DNA from: Rhynchobatus australiae
Lineage: Eukaryota
Direction of reading: 5' to 3'
Assembly: GCA_034780895.1 (NCBI GenBank)
Contig: JAUZTB010000068.1
Span: 16,492,842-16,556,841 of the forward strand
Length of the DNA stretch: 64,000 bases
The position numbers and the translations under genes are program-made. Shown piece after piece: positions 11,221 to 22,990 of the stretch; the stretch's first letter is position 1, and every line of letters starts with the position of its first letter. Below the pieces are notes generated by a model. It ran no database searches. It saw nothing but the letters and a program-made list of their open reading frames with translations, and was not told the origin of the DNA.

Positions 11221-11967
11221 TTATCCAATTTTTTCTAATTCCTTCACATCTTGTATTATTTTCGCTTGCAACCCTTCCTGTACTCTAATCCATATCTTTC
11301 CATTTCTTGTCCACGTTGAGACTATCTTTTTTCTTTTCCGTAACAACCTTGCTTCGCGTGCAATGATACCATTTCTTTTTGTCAAATGTTCGTTAATAAA
11401 CACATTAGTTCCCTTAAGTTTATTTGCCTGCATGATTACTGCATTTCTAGATTTCCTACTAATGAATTTTACCACAATAATCGGTTTAGATTTCTCAGCT
11501 TTGTTAGGCAATGTATGACATAGAGAAATGTCTTCATATTTAATGTCTATTTCCTTGTTCTGTAGAAAAGTCACCACCTGTTCTTCGAGAGTCCTCTGTT
11601 CTTGTGGAGATGCATCTTCAGCGAGAGTCCTCTGTTCTTGTGGAGATGCATCTTCAGCAATACCTTCTCCTGAAGTGGCCTTTGAATATGAAGATTTTAA
11701 CGCAAGACCAGATATGATTATGTTGTCTTGCCTAGAGTTTTGTTCCAATTCATCCACCCTATGCTCGAGTTCATTTATTTTTTTATCCTTCATGTTTAAT
11801 TGTACTCTTAATTGTTTCACTTCTTCAAACAAACCGATCAAAAGTTTCTGTTGGGTTGACAAATTCGTAATTTCAGTACTCATAAAGTTCAGAGATTTCT
11901 TTATCTCCTCCATATCATCTGTGTTAGATTCCAATAGATCATGTTTTTTTGTTTTTGATTTTGCCAT
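11221..11967 (-). CDS. Non-LTR retrotransposon ORF1 (coiled-coil + RRM-like + FP25K/L1-CTD-like C-terminus; L2/CR1-group, Crack/Daphne-like), 248 aa
   Basis: Uninterrupted ORF with heptad-rich N-half ending LEHRVDELEQNSRQDNIIISGL, then PIIVVKFISRK, VFINEHLT and TWTRNGKIWIR, motifs typical of this ORF1 class. Confidence 0.85.
   Translation of the reverse strand: MAKSKTKKHDLLESNTDDMEEIKKSLNFMSTEITNLSTQQKLLIGLFEEVKQLRVQLNMKDKKINELEHRVDELEQNSRQDNIIISGLALKSSYSKATSGEGIAEDASPQEQRTLAEDASPQEQRTLEEQVVTFLQNKEIDIKYEDISLCHTLPNKAEKSKPIIVVKFISRKSRNAVIMQANKLKGTNVFINEHLTKRNGIIAREARLLRKRKKIVSTWTRNGKIWIRVQEGLQAKIIQDVKELEKIG
11586..11657. repeat. Perfect 36-bp tandem duplication inside ORF1 (AEDASPQEQRTL x2)
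   Basis: cgagagtcctctgttcttgtggagatgcatcttcag occurs at 11586-11621 and 11622-11657. Confidence 0.95.
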
Positions 11968-14919
11968 TACTCACTGTAACAGCCGCTCTCCTGCTGGTCT
12001 TGATTTTTCAAGTCTTGAACCTTAATTAGCCGAAGCCCGATGTCGGATGAAAAAAAGCCACCTCTCTTTCCAGCAGCAGCGGACTCCCAAATTTCCACCC
12101 GCCCGATGGCAGCGGTCCAACAAGTCATCAGTCCAGAGCCGCCCTCCACTACCACAGACCAGCAGACGCCGCAAGTCCGATTTTTGGAGACCAGATCCCG
12201 CAGCTCCAGACGCTCCAAGAACCACGGCAGCAGATCGGCCCTCACAGGAACAAAAATCCAACGGCGATATCCTCCCGCACCGCCGCACCTCGTCCCAGCA
12301 GCTGCAGCCCCTCGGCTCGACAGCCGAAAGCCGACACTAGCTACGGGGTCCACCCGCCTCCTGAACGCAGTCCGCCACCTGGCCACTACCCAGGTAGTTG
12401 GTTGAACCGAGTACTTCGTCACGANNNNNNNNNNNNNNNNNNNNNNNNNNNNNNNNNNNNNNNNNNNNNNNNNNNNNNNNNNNNNNNNNNNNNNNNNNNN
12501 NNNNNNNNNNNNNNNNNNNNNNNNATTTATTTTTTCTTTCTTTTCAAAAGACAGGAGGTGAAAGGTTCTAGGTATAAGAATGGAGCTAGATTTTAACTTT
12601 GCAGTTATATTTTATCATTTAAGGTGTGTTTTCATTTCTGAAACCCAAGTTTGCCCAAATCTGGAAGTGTGTTTCTGATTGGGAAAGGGAGAAAAAAATA
12701 AAAACTCTTTGTCTAAAATGTGTTAATTGTCTTAATTTATTTTGATGTATGGTTTTGGAATTTAATTTATTAGGTTATGAGAGTATAATAAACTTTAAAT
12801 TATGAGAGTAGATCTTTAGTAGTGAAAAAGCAAATTGCATTACTTTGTAGAAGAATATTATGACTGTCATTGGATGCTGATGTTGTCTTAGCATTTGACT
12901 GCTTTATTGCTTCTCATTTTAATAGCAGTGGATTCCAGATATGAACCTTCGGGTTCCACTCTGGCAAAACTGCAGTACATCCAAGCCTTTCTTAGAGGTC
13001 TTAATTTGCTTTCTCTTGCAAAATTGCTATTTCATTCAAGATTAGAAATTACTTTTAATTAAAATGTTACTAGAGTATTTTATGATTATGACATTATTTG
13101 GGGATGTTAAAGCTTAAAACTGATCCTCCAAAAACAATGTCCAGGGAGGCTGATTCCCAGCTTCCTCTGTGAGGAAATACTGTGTGAAAACAGGTGGTTT
13201 GCTCAACGGAAATAATTAACTTGAATAACTGCACATTCCAGTGGATGGTTGAGAAAACAAACTTTGTCAGAGAATTATATGGTGTCATCAGCCTGTGGGA
13301 GATGAATTTCGTGTAGCAGAAGAGGAAAAATTGTTTCCAATGGGGGCAGTAAAGATAAACTAATGTGAAAAAGATATTGATTACTCTTGATAGTTTCTGC
13401 CTTTCTGCTTCAATTAATGTCTGATGTCTTTTGTCACAACACGATGGTCTGCTCGCAATCAAATTAGAAATGTGCTTGTTCAGCACTCTCTTCTTAGTTG
13501 GCTTGTAAAGTTGTCTGAGAAGTTCCCGAAGAGAGGCCGAGGACATGTTATCTAAAGCAATGTTTGTGCTCCTTATTTAGTACTCTCCTGGTAGAGCAGC
13601 ATTGGTAGAGAATTGCCTTGGTCTGGAGTTGGAAAACTGTAGATGTTATACTCAGTGAGCAGTAATATACTCTGGTTTTCTTTACATTGGCCTAGCCAAT
13701 TATTTACATATATTTAAAGTTCAATTTTGCTTAATTTGAATTGGATTTATGTCATTAAAAATACTGCATGATCATGAGATTTTCTGTTCCCTTGGCAAGT
13801 TTCAATATTCTGCTCATCAAAAGAAACTAGCAAAATAAGGCTTTTTAAATTGTCAGTGTCTTATTCTAAACAAGGTCATATGTAACTATCTGTAGTAGCT
13901 AATAATCAATACATAATGCTAAGAGTACGTATTTTGAAATGCTTTGCAACTAGGAGATGGTATTAATACTTGGATGTCTTCTAGGTTGTAGTAGTATAAT
14001 AATAGTCCAACCCATCATAAAAATTACCAGCACATGCAGGACATAGAGCTCCTTGATTTTGTCCTGCCATTCAATATGATAATGCCTAATCCTCCACTTT
14101 GCTGCCTGATCACCATATGTAATTCCCTTTTCAATCTAAACATCTCTAATAATAGCCTTGAATATATCTGTATGGCCATCCAAGATAGAGACTTCTAAAA
14201 AAAATTTTCCCACCTCAGAGTGAAGTCATTTTTCATTTCTGATCTAAATCATCAGTCTTCTGATGGTTCCTAGTTCTAAACTCTACAACCAGGGAAAATG
14301 GCCTCTCAGAATTTCATATGCTTCAATGTGTTTTCTTCTTGCTTCAATTATGTTACACTTGCCTTCAGTTGAGGTAGCCCACTTCCTTTAAATTTCTCCC
14401 TATCTTATTTAGTCTTTGGTTAACTATACTCACCTTTTCCAATCTTTGCATTTCATATATTTCAGTAAGCCATGTCCCTGCCTCACAAACCACATGCTCG
14501 TCTTATTTTTGGCTGATATAGTAGTAGATAGTTAAAGAGGGGGTTTGGAGGAAACAAAAAGTGGGAAGAGAAATTAACTGGAGATTCACTGGTCATGTTT
14601 GGTTGTTTAGCACAAAATCAAATAAGGACATTCCCTTGAAGCATTGGAAGATGGTATAGTTAGATTTATTGAACCCCATGGAGCAGGATAGCAGACATAA
14701 AACAGGATTTGTAGTAGACTGGTACACAATATAGTTACAACACATTGTAAATATTTATCAGTTTAAATAGGAATGATATCAATATTTTTTGTTTTTGATT
14801 TGGTTGGACTCAAGTTTTCAGATGTAGTGGAAAATTTGGAAAACTTGAACTGTGAAATTAACTGCAACTTAACATAAAATTAACTCTCCATTGACCTGTC
14901 GTACCCAACACTGATAACT

Positions 14920-15530
14920 GCAGATAATTAGTTCTTGGAAGTCAATCATCACAACTCCAAGACATTGTCCAGTGAAATTCCTGTACCAAATCCTAGGCCC
15001 ATCATCTTCAGCTGCTTCATCAGTGACCTTCCCTCCATCATTGGGAAGGTGGACATTGGCTGACGATTCCACAATGAATTTACAACTCTTCAAATAATGA
15101 TGACTTTGCCTCTATGTGTGAAAGACAGGTACTTCAATGCCTGTCCAATGGTATGTGACCTCCTAACTTAACCACGGTTTTCCGTCAGCTATAAGGCACA
15201 GTCAAGAGTGTGATGGATTACCCTTGCTTAAGTGCAAACATTTCCAAGATAACAACATTCAGGAGAGAGTGGCCCACTTGATTGACCTTTCATCCAACAC
15301 CCTAATCATCCATTCTCTCCTGTGGAGCACTGTGATCAAAGTGTGTACCATCTACAAAATATACTACAGCACTTCACAAACCTCTACTGAAGAACAAGAG
15401 TGACAGATTCATGTGAGTGGTACCACCTACAAATTCCCCTCCCATGAGAGTACTTCAAACAGATTGCAGCAGTTCAAGGCATCTTCTGAAAGGCAATTAG
15501 CAATAGGCAGTAAGTGCTGGTTTTGCACAT
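14920..15530 (+). mobile_element. Degenerate LINE reverse-transcriptase remnant
   Basis: Frame resembling (G)xPQxxxLGPxIFSCFIxDLPSII...ADDSTM (RT motifs B/C). Confidence 0.65.
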
Positions 15531-15869
15531 CTCTTGAATGTCTTCATTACATAATGCAAGTTTTATGCTGTTTTGAATAACATTAAATTATGGTATTTGT
15601 TGCATCCACCCTCCCTCATTGGCTGCTCTTGGAATAAACCAGTTGCATGATTGTTTCATTCAAACCTATGATTGTTGGTTTTAAAAACATTATTTAGTGT
15701 GCCTTTATGTTTCATGGAGCACAAGTGTAAATCATTACAGATATTAAAAATGTGAAATAGAGATGGGAAATATTGGAAATTCTCAAAATTGGAAATAGTC
15801 CGGCAGAATATGTGGAAATTGGAAACAGAATTAATGTTTCGGATAAATAATCTGTCAGACCCAAAAAAA

Positions 15870-16420
15870 ATAAGATGGAGGAGTGGAGAGGGAAGGAAAG
15901 AATGAAAGAGAAGGCCTGTGATGGGGTAGGAAGCAGGAGAGTTTGAGTAACAAAAGCGATGATGATGCAAGGCAAAAGGTGTAACAGGACAACTGAAGAG
16001 ACAAAATGTGGGACATGCTGCGAATTAGATAGGAGCAGCAGAATTTTGATCCACAATTGTAGAATTATCTGCTGAGTCCTAAAAGCTGTTAAGTGCCTCA
16101 TTGAGGAAGAGAGTGCTATTCTTTGAAATAATTGTGAGTTAATACTGGAACAATATAGGAGACTGAAATAGGGCAGTCACAATGGGGATGAGATAGAGAA
16201 TTAAAATGACAGGAGACTAAAGTTTGGGTGCCACTTGGAGCAGTGATGCCAGTTCGTCACCCAATCTGCCTTCAGTCTCTCCAGAGCTTCATTGTGAGCA
16301 GTGAATATAGTATACTAAATTGAAAGAAGTACAATTAATCTGTTTACCTAGAGACAATGGAGCCCTAAACAGCAAAAAGGGAGGAAGTAAAATGACAGTG
16401 TAACATCTTATAGTTTCGTG
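15870..16420 (-). mobile_element. Degenerate Penelope-like element remnant
   Basis: Minus strand reads KQINCTSFNLVYYIHCSQ (GIY-YIG lead-in). Purine-rich flank resembles the copy at 18975-20260. Confidence 0.5.
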
Positions 16421-17989
16421 GAATGATGTGTACAAGGAACGGATTGTTGGTGGTGAAGTAAAAATCTGATGTGTCAAGGGGAAAATGGAGCAGCAATGTA
16501 GCAGAGTTGTGGAGAGAAACACAAAATTACAACACAAGTTGATGACCTTTCACCATTCTATTACAGTCGACAGAATGTATGCTGATTTTTAAAAAAATAT
16601 TCAGTTTGCCTTCCAGATTTTACCATGCACTTCATGAAATGTTTCCATAACTATATGGAAAGAAGGCAACTTAGTTCCAGGAAACAAGGGTGGGGCTGGA
16701 TTTCACAGAATCAAATCTGGACCTTTGTAAAGGCCTTGGAATTAAATTTTCTCAAGTAATATGGCAAAATTGCAAGGTTAACTAAATGTTGGGGTTGTCA
16801 TTCATTGTTGTGAATTGTGAGTGTGTAAATCATTCTAAGCTATTGAGTGTTGGAGTGGTGACATACTCAAAATAAGAATGGATAAGCCTAATTAAGAAAT
16901 AATGTGCATGAAATCCTATTTATGTTTCCGTTTAATAAACGCTTGTGTACAATGTACTGATAATAGCAGAGCATCAGGAAAATGTTATGGGTGATATTTA
17001 TGCTTAAAGATCTGAGATATGTTAAAATTTTCCCTCAGCTGAATTGTATCAGAGCCACTGTGACTTGGTATTTGAAACAAGTGGTCAATGTTCTGTACAA
17101 GCCTCCACAAAATGCCATGGGCAGCACAACATTACATTTTGAACCTGAATCTGCTCTGTATTCATGTATCCAGACATTGTACCTGATGCTATTGGATATT
17201 TCTCCCTCTCTGGAATGCAATTATCAATTATAGTAAACTGACCCAATGGTTTATGTAAAATCATCCCAGGAAACATGAAACATAACTTGTGATCTTCACC
17301 TGGATGGTTCAACTTTAACTAACTAAACCACTGTTCTATGTTGAGTAGGTCAGGGGAAAGAGCTCATCGAAATTAGTGATGGCTATTTGGTTCTACAAGC
17401 TTGTTCTGTTTTTTGGTTGCAAAATTGGATTATTGAAATGAAGAAAGTAACCAGGGACACAAACAGATAATATCTATAATAATATTAATAGATAATATGA
17501 AATTTAATGTCAGTAAGCACAGAAGGGAAAAGTTGGGCAACGCATCTGAACAGTGAATATTTTAATATAGACCAAGGTGTAGTTGAACGTGTTTCTCGTT
17601 GATAGCAAGCGTTTTATTTATTGTTTAATTACTGTGGAGTAGTATGAAGCAGTACTGATTTATTGCTAGTATAAATAGCCAAGGACGTCATACTAAACTT
17701 ACTCCGTGTTCTGATTAAATTACAATTTTAGTTTTGGTCATCTGTAACAAGCATTCAATGCCATTGAAACGATAATAGAGAAAAGCCATGTGGCTGACCC
17801 CGTGGTAACAAGAAACTTAAGGCGAGCTCCCGAGAAAATGAAAGAATGTGACCCAAAGGGAACTTTATAGGGGTTATTTACAAATGAATCTGGGGCACAA
17901 CTTCACACACAAAGCAAAATATTCAATGGATAAAGTAATTGTGGTACAGCACAGAAATACGATACAAAAGTGATGCAAATGAAATGGCC

Positions 17990-18474
17990 TTAGAGCCGGA
18001 TAGGGCAGAAGTTGCGGCAAATTCAAGGCAGTTGTGCAGTGAGGGGCCACAGTGTCACAGCCCTGGGAATCCTCTCGCCCCCTTCTCCAACATCGGTCTC
18101 CCCACACGCCAACTCGGTAACCTGCTTCACGTGGTGTGGTGTAGTTGGGGGGGGGGGGGTCCACGTCCTAATAAGGCAAATATGTAAAAAAGGCAAATGA
18201 AGGAACCAATCAATGAACGAGTTCCTGGGACCGTCCCGCCCACCCCGGGGGTGAGAGTTCGACTCAAGATGGCGTCGACCAAGCGGGTGCTGTACGTGGG
18301 TAAGTGAGGAAGGGCCGCCGCCCCTTCGGCCGCTTTCCCCGGGCGGGGGCCGGGGCTGCGGCCTGGGGAGAACAGGCGGCTCCTGACCGATGGTCTCTGA
18401 CCTGAGGCGTTGGGAATACGGGAGGACCTGGAACAACTCGAGCAGCGTCGGGGGGGGGGGGGGGGATGGACGGT
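17990..18474 (+). promoter_or_regulatory. PPIE: CpG-island promoter / exon 1 region of PPIE
   Basis: Local CpG and GC enrichment. E-box CACGTG at 18128-18133, CCAAT at 18206-18210, GC-box-like cccgcc/gggcgg, and CAAGATGGCG (YY1/TISU-like) over the ATG. Confidence 0.8.
18269..18299 (+). CDS. PPIE: PPIE exon 1, MASTKRVLYV(G)
   Basis: ATG in caagATGG context, gtaagt donor, 31 nt. Encodes RRM RNP2 (LYVG). Confidence 0.95.
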
Positions 18475-18974
18475 NNNNNNNNNNNNNNNNNNNNNNNNNN
18501 NNNNNNNNNNNNNNNNNNNNNNNNNNNNNNNNNNNNNNNNNNNNNNNNNNNNNNNNNNNNNNNNNNNNNNNNNNNNNNNNNNNNNNNNNNNNNNNNNNNN
18601 NNNNNNNNNNNNNNNNNNNNNNNNNNNNNNNNNNNNNNNNNNNNNNNNNNNNNNNNNNNNNNNNNNNNNNNNNNNNNNNNNNNNNNNNNNNNNNNNNNNN
18701 NNNNNNNNNNNNNNNNNNNNNNNNNNNNNNNNNNNNNNNNNNNNNNNNNNNNNNNNNNNNNNNNNNNNNNNNNNNNNNNNNNNNNNNNNNNNNNNNNNNN
18801 NNNNNNNNNNNNNNNNNNNNNNNNNNNNNTACTAAAATCTTTTCCCTCTCACCTTAAAACTATGCTCCAACGCTGGGGGAAAAGACTGAGTACTCAGTCT
18901 TCATGCTAATCAAATCTCAGATTTACACTAATCAAGTTTTGTGCCTGTCACATTCTCATCAAATCCTCCTAGAT

Positions 18975-20260
18975 TCTATCACTTATGATAGAGGGGAGTA
19001 TAAAGAAGTGAGGGGAAGGGGTGGAACAAGAGCTGGCATGCGATAGGTGGATCCAGGTGAGGATGGATGATTGGCATGGGGGGGAGGAGAGAGTGGAAAT
19101 AGATACAGAGGTTGGGAGGTGATAAATGGAAGTGACAAGGGGTTGACGATGATGGAATCTGACTGGAGAGGAAGTTGGAGCATAGGACAAAATAAGGGAG
19201 GTGGGGTGGGTGGATGGGAGCAGTGGGGAGAGGGACCCCAGTGGAAGGATGGAGTGGGTGGAGGAGGGGAAAAAAAGGGGAATGAAAAATGGTGATGGCA
19301 GGATGGGGGGGTAGTAGGTGTAGCAGGAACTGGGTAGAGAGAGAAAAAGGAAGCAGTTCACCTGATATTGAAGAATTCAGTGTGAATGCCCTCAGGTTGT
19401 AGACTACCCAGGCAGAATATGAGATGCTGTTCTAGTTCATGTTTAACCTCACCCTGACAGTCGAGGAAGCTGAGGACAGAGAGAAATGGGTGTGGGAATG
19501 GAGAGGGGAATTAAAATGGGTCACAACCAGGAACTCCAGAAGGCCATGGCAGATGGAACACAGGTGCTCAAAAAAGCAGTCGGTTGCCCGGTCTGTGCGT
19601 GGTTCTAGAGGAGGCTACATCAAGAGCACCAAATGCAGTAAACAAGGTCAAAGGAGATGTATGTGAATCTCTGCCTCACCTGGAAGGACTATTTAGGACC
19701 TTAGATTTTGTTGAGGGAGGAGATATAGGGATAAGTGTGACACCTCTTATGGTCGGAGGGAAAAGTACCTGGGTAGGGTAAGGGATATGTGGGGATGAAT
19801 GAGAAAACCAGGGAGTCATGGAGATAGTGGTGCTTGCGGAAAGCATTAAGGGGTGGGAAGGGGAAATGTGGCTGGTTGAGGGAACTTTATCCCTGTTCTG
19901 TCTGGAGGGAGGTGGGGTAGGGGTAGTAGAAGTGTCAGAAGTAGAGATGTGGGTGAGGGCTCCATCAACTACAATGGGGGGTGGGGGGGCGGGGAAGTGA
20001 ACCCCTATTTTCTGAAAGAGGAAGATATCTCAAGTGTCCTGGAGTGGAAGGCCTCATCTGGAGAACAGATGCAGCAGAGACGGAGAAAATGAGAGAAAGG
20101 AATGGCATAAGAAACAGAGTGGGAGGAGGTGTAGACTGGAGAGCTGTGGGAGTTGGTGGGTTTGCAGCAAATGTTGATGGATAGTCTGCCTCCTGAGACG
20201 GAGACAGTGAGATACAGCCTGATCTAAGTATTTCCAGCATTTCCTGTTCTTATTTTGTTG
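18975..20260 (-). mobile_element. Penelope-like retroelement remnant (GIY-YIG region plus pyrimidine-rich 3' region) in PPIE intron 1
   Basis: Minus strand near 19690-19550 reads FQVRQRFTYISFDLVYCIWCSxCxLL...xRxxEHLCS, a decayed GIY-YIG motif. Confidence 0.7.
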
Positions 20261-20544
20261 ACTTATGCAGTTCATTGATGAGCTTTGGCCACTTTGAAGC
20301 TCTGCCTGTTTTCAGTCTGTCACCAAGCACTTTCATTTAAAACTTTCAGGGGTTGTATATAGTAGGAGATCATTAAAAAAATGCTGGAAAGACTCAGCAG
20401 GTCATGCAGCAGCTGTAGTGCGAGCGAACATCTTGGGTCGATGACCTTCCATTAGACATGACAGCAATTATGTTTGGTTTCACAGAATAGGTAGGTTTAG
20501 TTATTCTCCCTTATTTGGGCATGAAACATTATCAGTGACACAGA

Positions 20545-21189
20545 GGTTGAGAAAAGTCGGCGTGGAAGCAGGCCTTTCGGCTCATTAAGTCTGTGATGAC
20601 CACCCATTTACACTAATCCCACTCAAACCCCATTTTATATTCTCCCCACATTCTCATTAACTACTTTCAGATTCTACCACACACCTACACATTAGGGCTA
20701 TTTACATTGGCAATTAACCTATCAGCTGGCACAGTGGTGTGGGTGGTAGACTAGGTGCTTAACAGATCCAGCAATCCGAGTTCAATTCTGACTCTGGTGC
20801 TGTTTAAAGTTTCCATGTTCCCCTAGTGACCGCATGAGTTTCCTCCAGGTGCACCAGTTTTGTCCCATGTCCCAAAGATGCATGGGTGGTTAGTTAATTG
20901 GCTGTTGTAAATTACTTCTAATGTGTAAAGTCGTAGATTCTGGGGAGTTGAAGGGAATGTGAGGGGAATAAAATTATATTTGTGTTTATGGATACTCAGT
21001 AGTCAATGTGGACTCAGTGGGCCTTTTTCTGTGCGACTCTGTGACATATTCACACTGTGGGAGGAACTGAGAACACCTGGAGGAAACCCTTCTATTCACA
21101 GGGAGAATGTGCAAACTCCACGCAGACGGGTTTGCATCCGGGTCAGTGGAGTTGTGAGGAAGCAGCTCCACTAGCTGCACCACTGTGCC
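20545..21189 (-). mobile_element. tRNA-derived SINE (minus) split by a nested plus-strand SINE at about 20728-21045
   Basis: The outer head ends ...ctagctgcaccactgtgcc (21189). The inner head starts ggcacagtggtg... with a B-box-like gagttcaattc and a V-domain-like gtttcctccaggtgcaccagttt...cccaaagatg. Confidence 0.75.
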
Positions 21190-21928
21190 TCTGTGTTTAC
21201 ATAATTTGGAATTATTGCTGTAATAATTATCAAAATTGTTACTAATGTGCTTCCAGATAATAGAATGTAAATATCATGAGAAGTACTCATTGTCTGGTTT
21301 TAATAGATGATGTTTTGACCATGATCCCAACACCATCATATACTGACACCACTGGACTACTGTCACATCTGAAAACTTTAGCTGATTTGGAAACTGTGGG
21401 TCTTGGTGAACTTGTGGATGGATTTCAAACTTTTTAGCTGGACAGGGAAGTGGGGCGTTTTGTTATACTATAGTGTAGTATAGGTTTGTACTTTAGACTG
21501 AGCATTTGATTTCAGACTGGTGGTTTAGGAAAAGGCATCCTGGAGGAAGCTGAGGCATTTCCTTAAAAGAAGGGAACATTTTCAGGCTCTCTTTTTTTCC
21601 CTTAAGGCCATTACATCAATGGACTCTATACTAATCCAATGTAACTGCACTGTGTAATGAATTGACCAGCAGGATCAGTATGCAAGACAAGTTTTTCCAC
21701 TGTACCTTGGTACAAGTGACAATAATAAACAAATACTAATACCAACTGCCCTAGCAGCTGACTTGAAGTCAGTAAATTCTATAAAGTAGAGAAAGAGCTA
21801 AATATGAGGGCAATAACAAATGCAGATGTTGTTCATGCTTTTGAGAAGAGGAATAAACTGCTGATGACAACCTATTCTCTGGATGCGTCTGGTAAGGAGC
21901 TGATGAGACATGTTATCTTTTTAAATAG

Positions 21929-22027
21929 GTGGCCTTGCCGAAGAGGTAGACGAAAAGGTGCTTCATGCAGCTTTTATTCCATTTGGAGATATTATGGACA
22001 TTCAAATTCCACTGGATTATGAGACAG
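21929..22027 (+). CDS. PPIE: PPIE exon 2, (G)[32 protein letters not shown](E)
   Basis: aaatag acceptor, gtaaat donor, 99 nt, near-identical to the cyclophilin E RRM. Confidence 0.97.
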
Positions 22028-22548
22028 GTAAATGCCTGTAAATTCNNNNNNNNNNNNNNNNNNNNNNNNNNNNNNNNNNNNNNNNNNNNNNNNNNNNNNN
22101 NNNNNNNNNNNNNNNNNNNNNNNNNNNNNNNNNNNNNNNNNNNNNGTAAATGCCTGTAAATTCACCTAATTGTTTGTAATTTGGTCAGTATCAGAGTAAA
22201 TAAAAATCTTAATAAATATTATGTTCTTTGTGATTTAGAATTTTTTGTATTGGAAAATATATTGGAAAATATACTGTATTGGAAACTTGAACACTTGTAA
22301 TGATTGAGTTCTGGTGTTCCAAAATTCTTGTTCTGAAATTTAAATCGCTAAATTTTATTTTAAAAATATAAAAATTTTATTTTTTTTGCAAATTTTAAGT
22401 TTAGTTCCAGATTTTTCAGCATGTTCTTGTAAGTATGATGACATATTCTTCTGTAATATCTGGTGAAACTTGGTGTTTTATAACTGGTAAATCAAGTAAT
22501 AAAGATTACAAAATAGTTAACAATCTAAATTATTTTATTCTTGTTTAG

Positions 22549-22592
22549 AGAAACACAGAGGTTTTGCTTTCATTGAATTTGAGAACGCTGAG
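22549..22592 (+). CDS. PPIE: PPIE exon 3, (E)KHRGFAFIEFENAE
   Basis: gtttag acceptor, gtgaga donor, 44 nt. Encodes RNP1 RGFAFIEF. Confidence 0.95.
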
Positions 22593-22945
22593 GTGAGATG
22601 CTTATTTTTATGTTTATAGTAGTTGAAAACAAATTAGTCTGTCACTCATCAGCATTATGGGATCTAGAAATGTTGATAATGGGAAACCAATTTGAAGACC
22701 GTTGTTTGTGATGTAACCACTGAATAATATTTTGTTTTCTTGGCATCCAAATGGAAATGTTATTGATATTCCATGGGTGGAAGTTATGGATGTCAGCTGG
22801 CAAATATTTTTATGACCAAATGACATAAATTAACCTATTTTATTTACTGTTTCTTTAAAATGCATTGAAAGGACAATGAGATTTGCGGTGTTTTTTTCTA
22901 CTTTTCTTCCATGGTTGTGTTGAATGTTAAGAGATTTGTGGGAAC

Positions 22946-22990
22946 ATTCTGAGTAACAGGAATTCTGAGTAACAGGAATTCTGAGTAACA
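22946..22990. repeat. 16-bp tandem repeat, about 2.8 copies (attctgagtaacagga)
   Basis: Directly visible perfect copies. Confidence 0.9.

Larger units (their letters stand above)
11053..12424 (-). mobile_element. Young LINE 5' portion: CpG-rich 5' UTR, intact ORF1 and first ~49 codons of ORF2, 3'-truncated
   Basis: GC/CpG-rich 11970-12424 abuts a gap. An ATG at 11200 follows the ORF1 stop. Removing one base from a T6 run gives MTNEDLEFKIYNVDEELDRNLFPAKKDSKYYNEEQFKEVNMTNDNLSVL, resembling the lead-in to an APE endonuclease, after which similarity stops. Confidence 0.8.
10861..12720 (+). other. PABPC4: Probable non-coding terminal exon (3' UTR) of PABPC4, interrupted by a LINE fragment and an N gap
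   Basis: Strong acceptor ttttgtttttttctttgcag ending at 10860. An A-rich tract lies at 10938-10977. AATAAA at 12697-12702 is followed by T/GT-rich sequence. The 3' end is inferred. Confidence 0.6.

Noticed and set aside
11967-12422. Overlapping 88-151 aa ORFs on both strands in the GC-rich segment, and the 165-aa plus-strand ORF at 11528-12025
   Set aside because: Expected by-products of a GC-rich LINE 5' UTR and the antisense of ORF1, with no recognisable domain. A small upstream or antisense ORF cannot be formally excluded.
20728-20800. tRNA gene
   Set aside because: The A/B-box-like head runs straight into SINE body sequence and no cloverleaf can be formed.
22946-22990. CRISPR-like or functional array
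   Set aside because: Head-to-tail 16-mers without spacers in a vertebrate intron are a simple slippage minisatellite. The same applies to the 17-bp duplication at 40314-40346.
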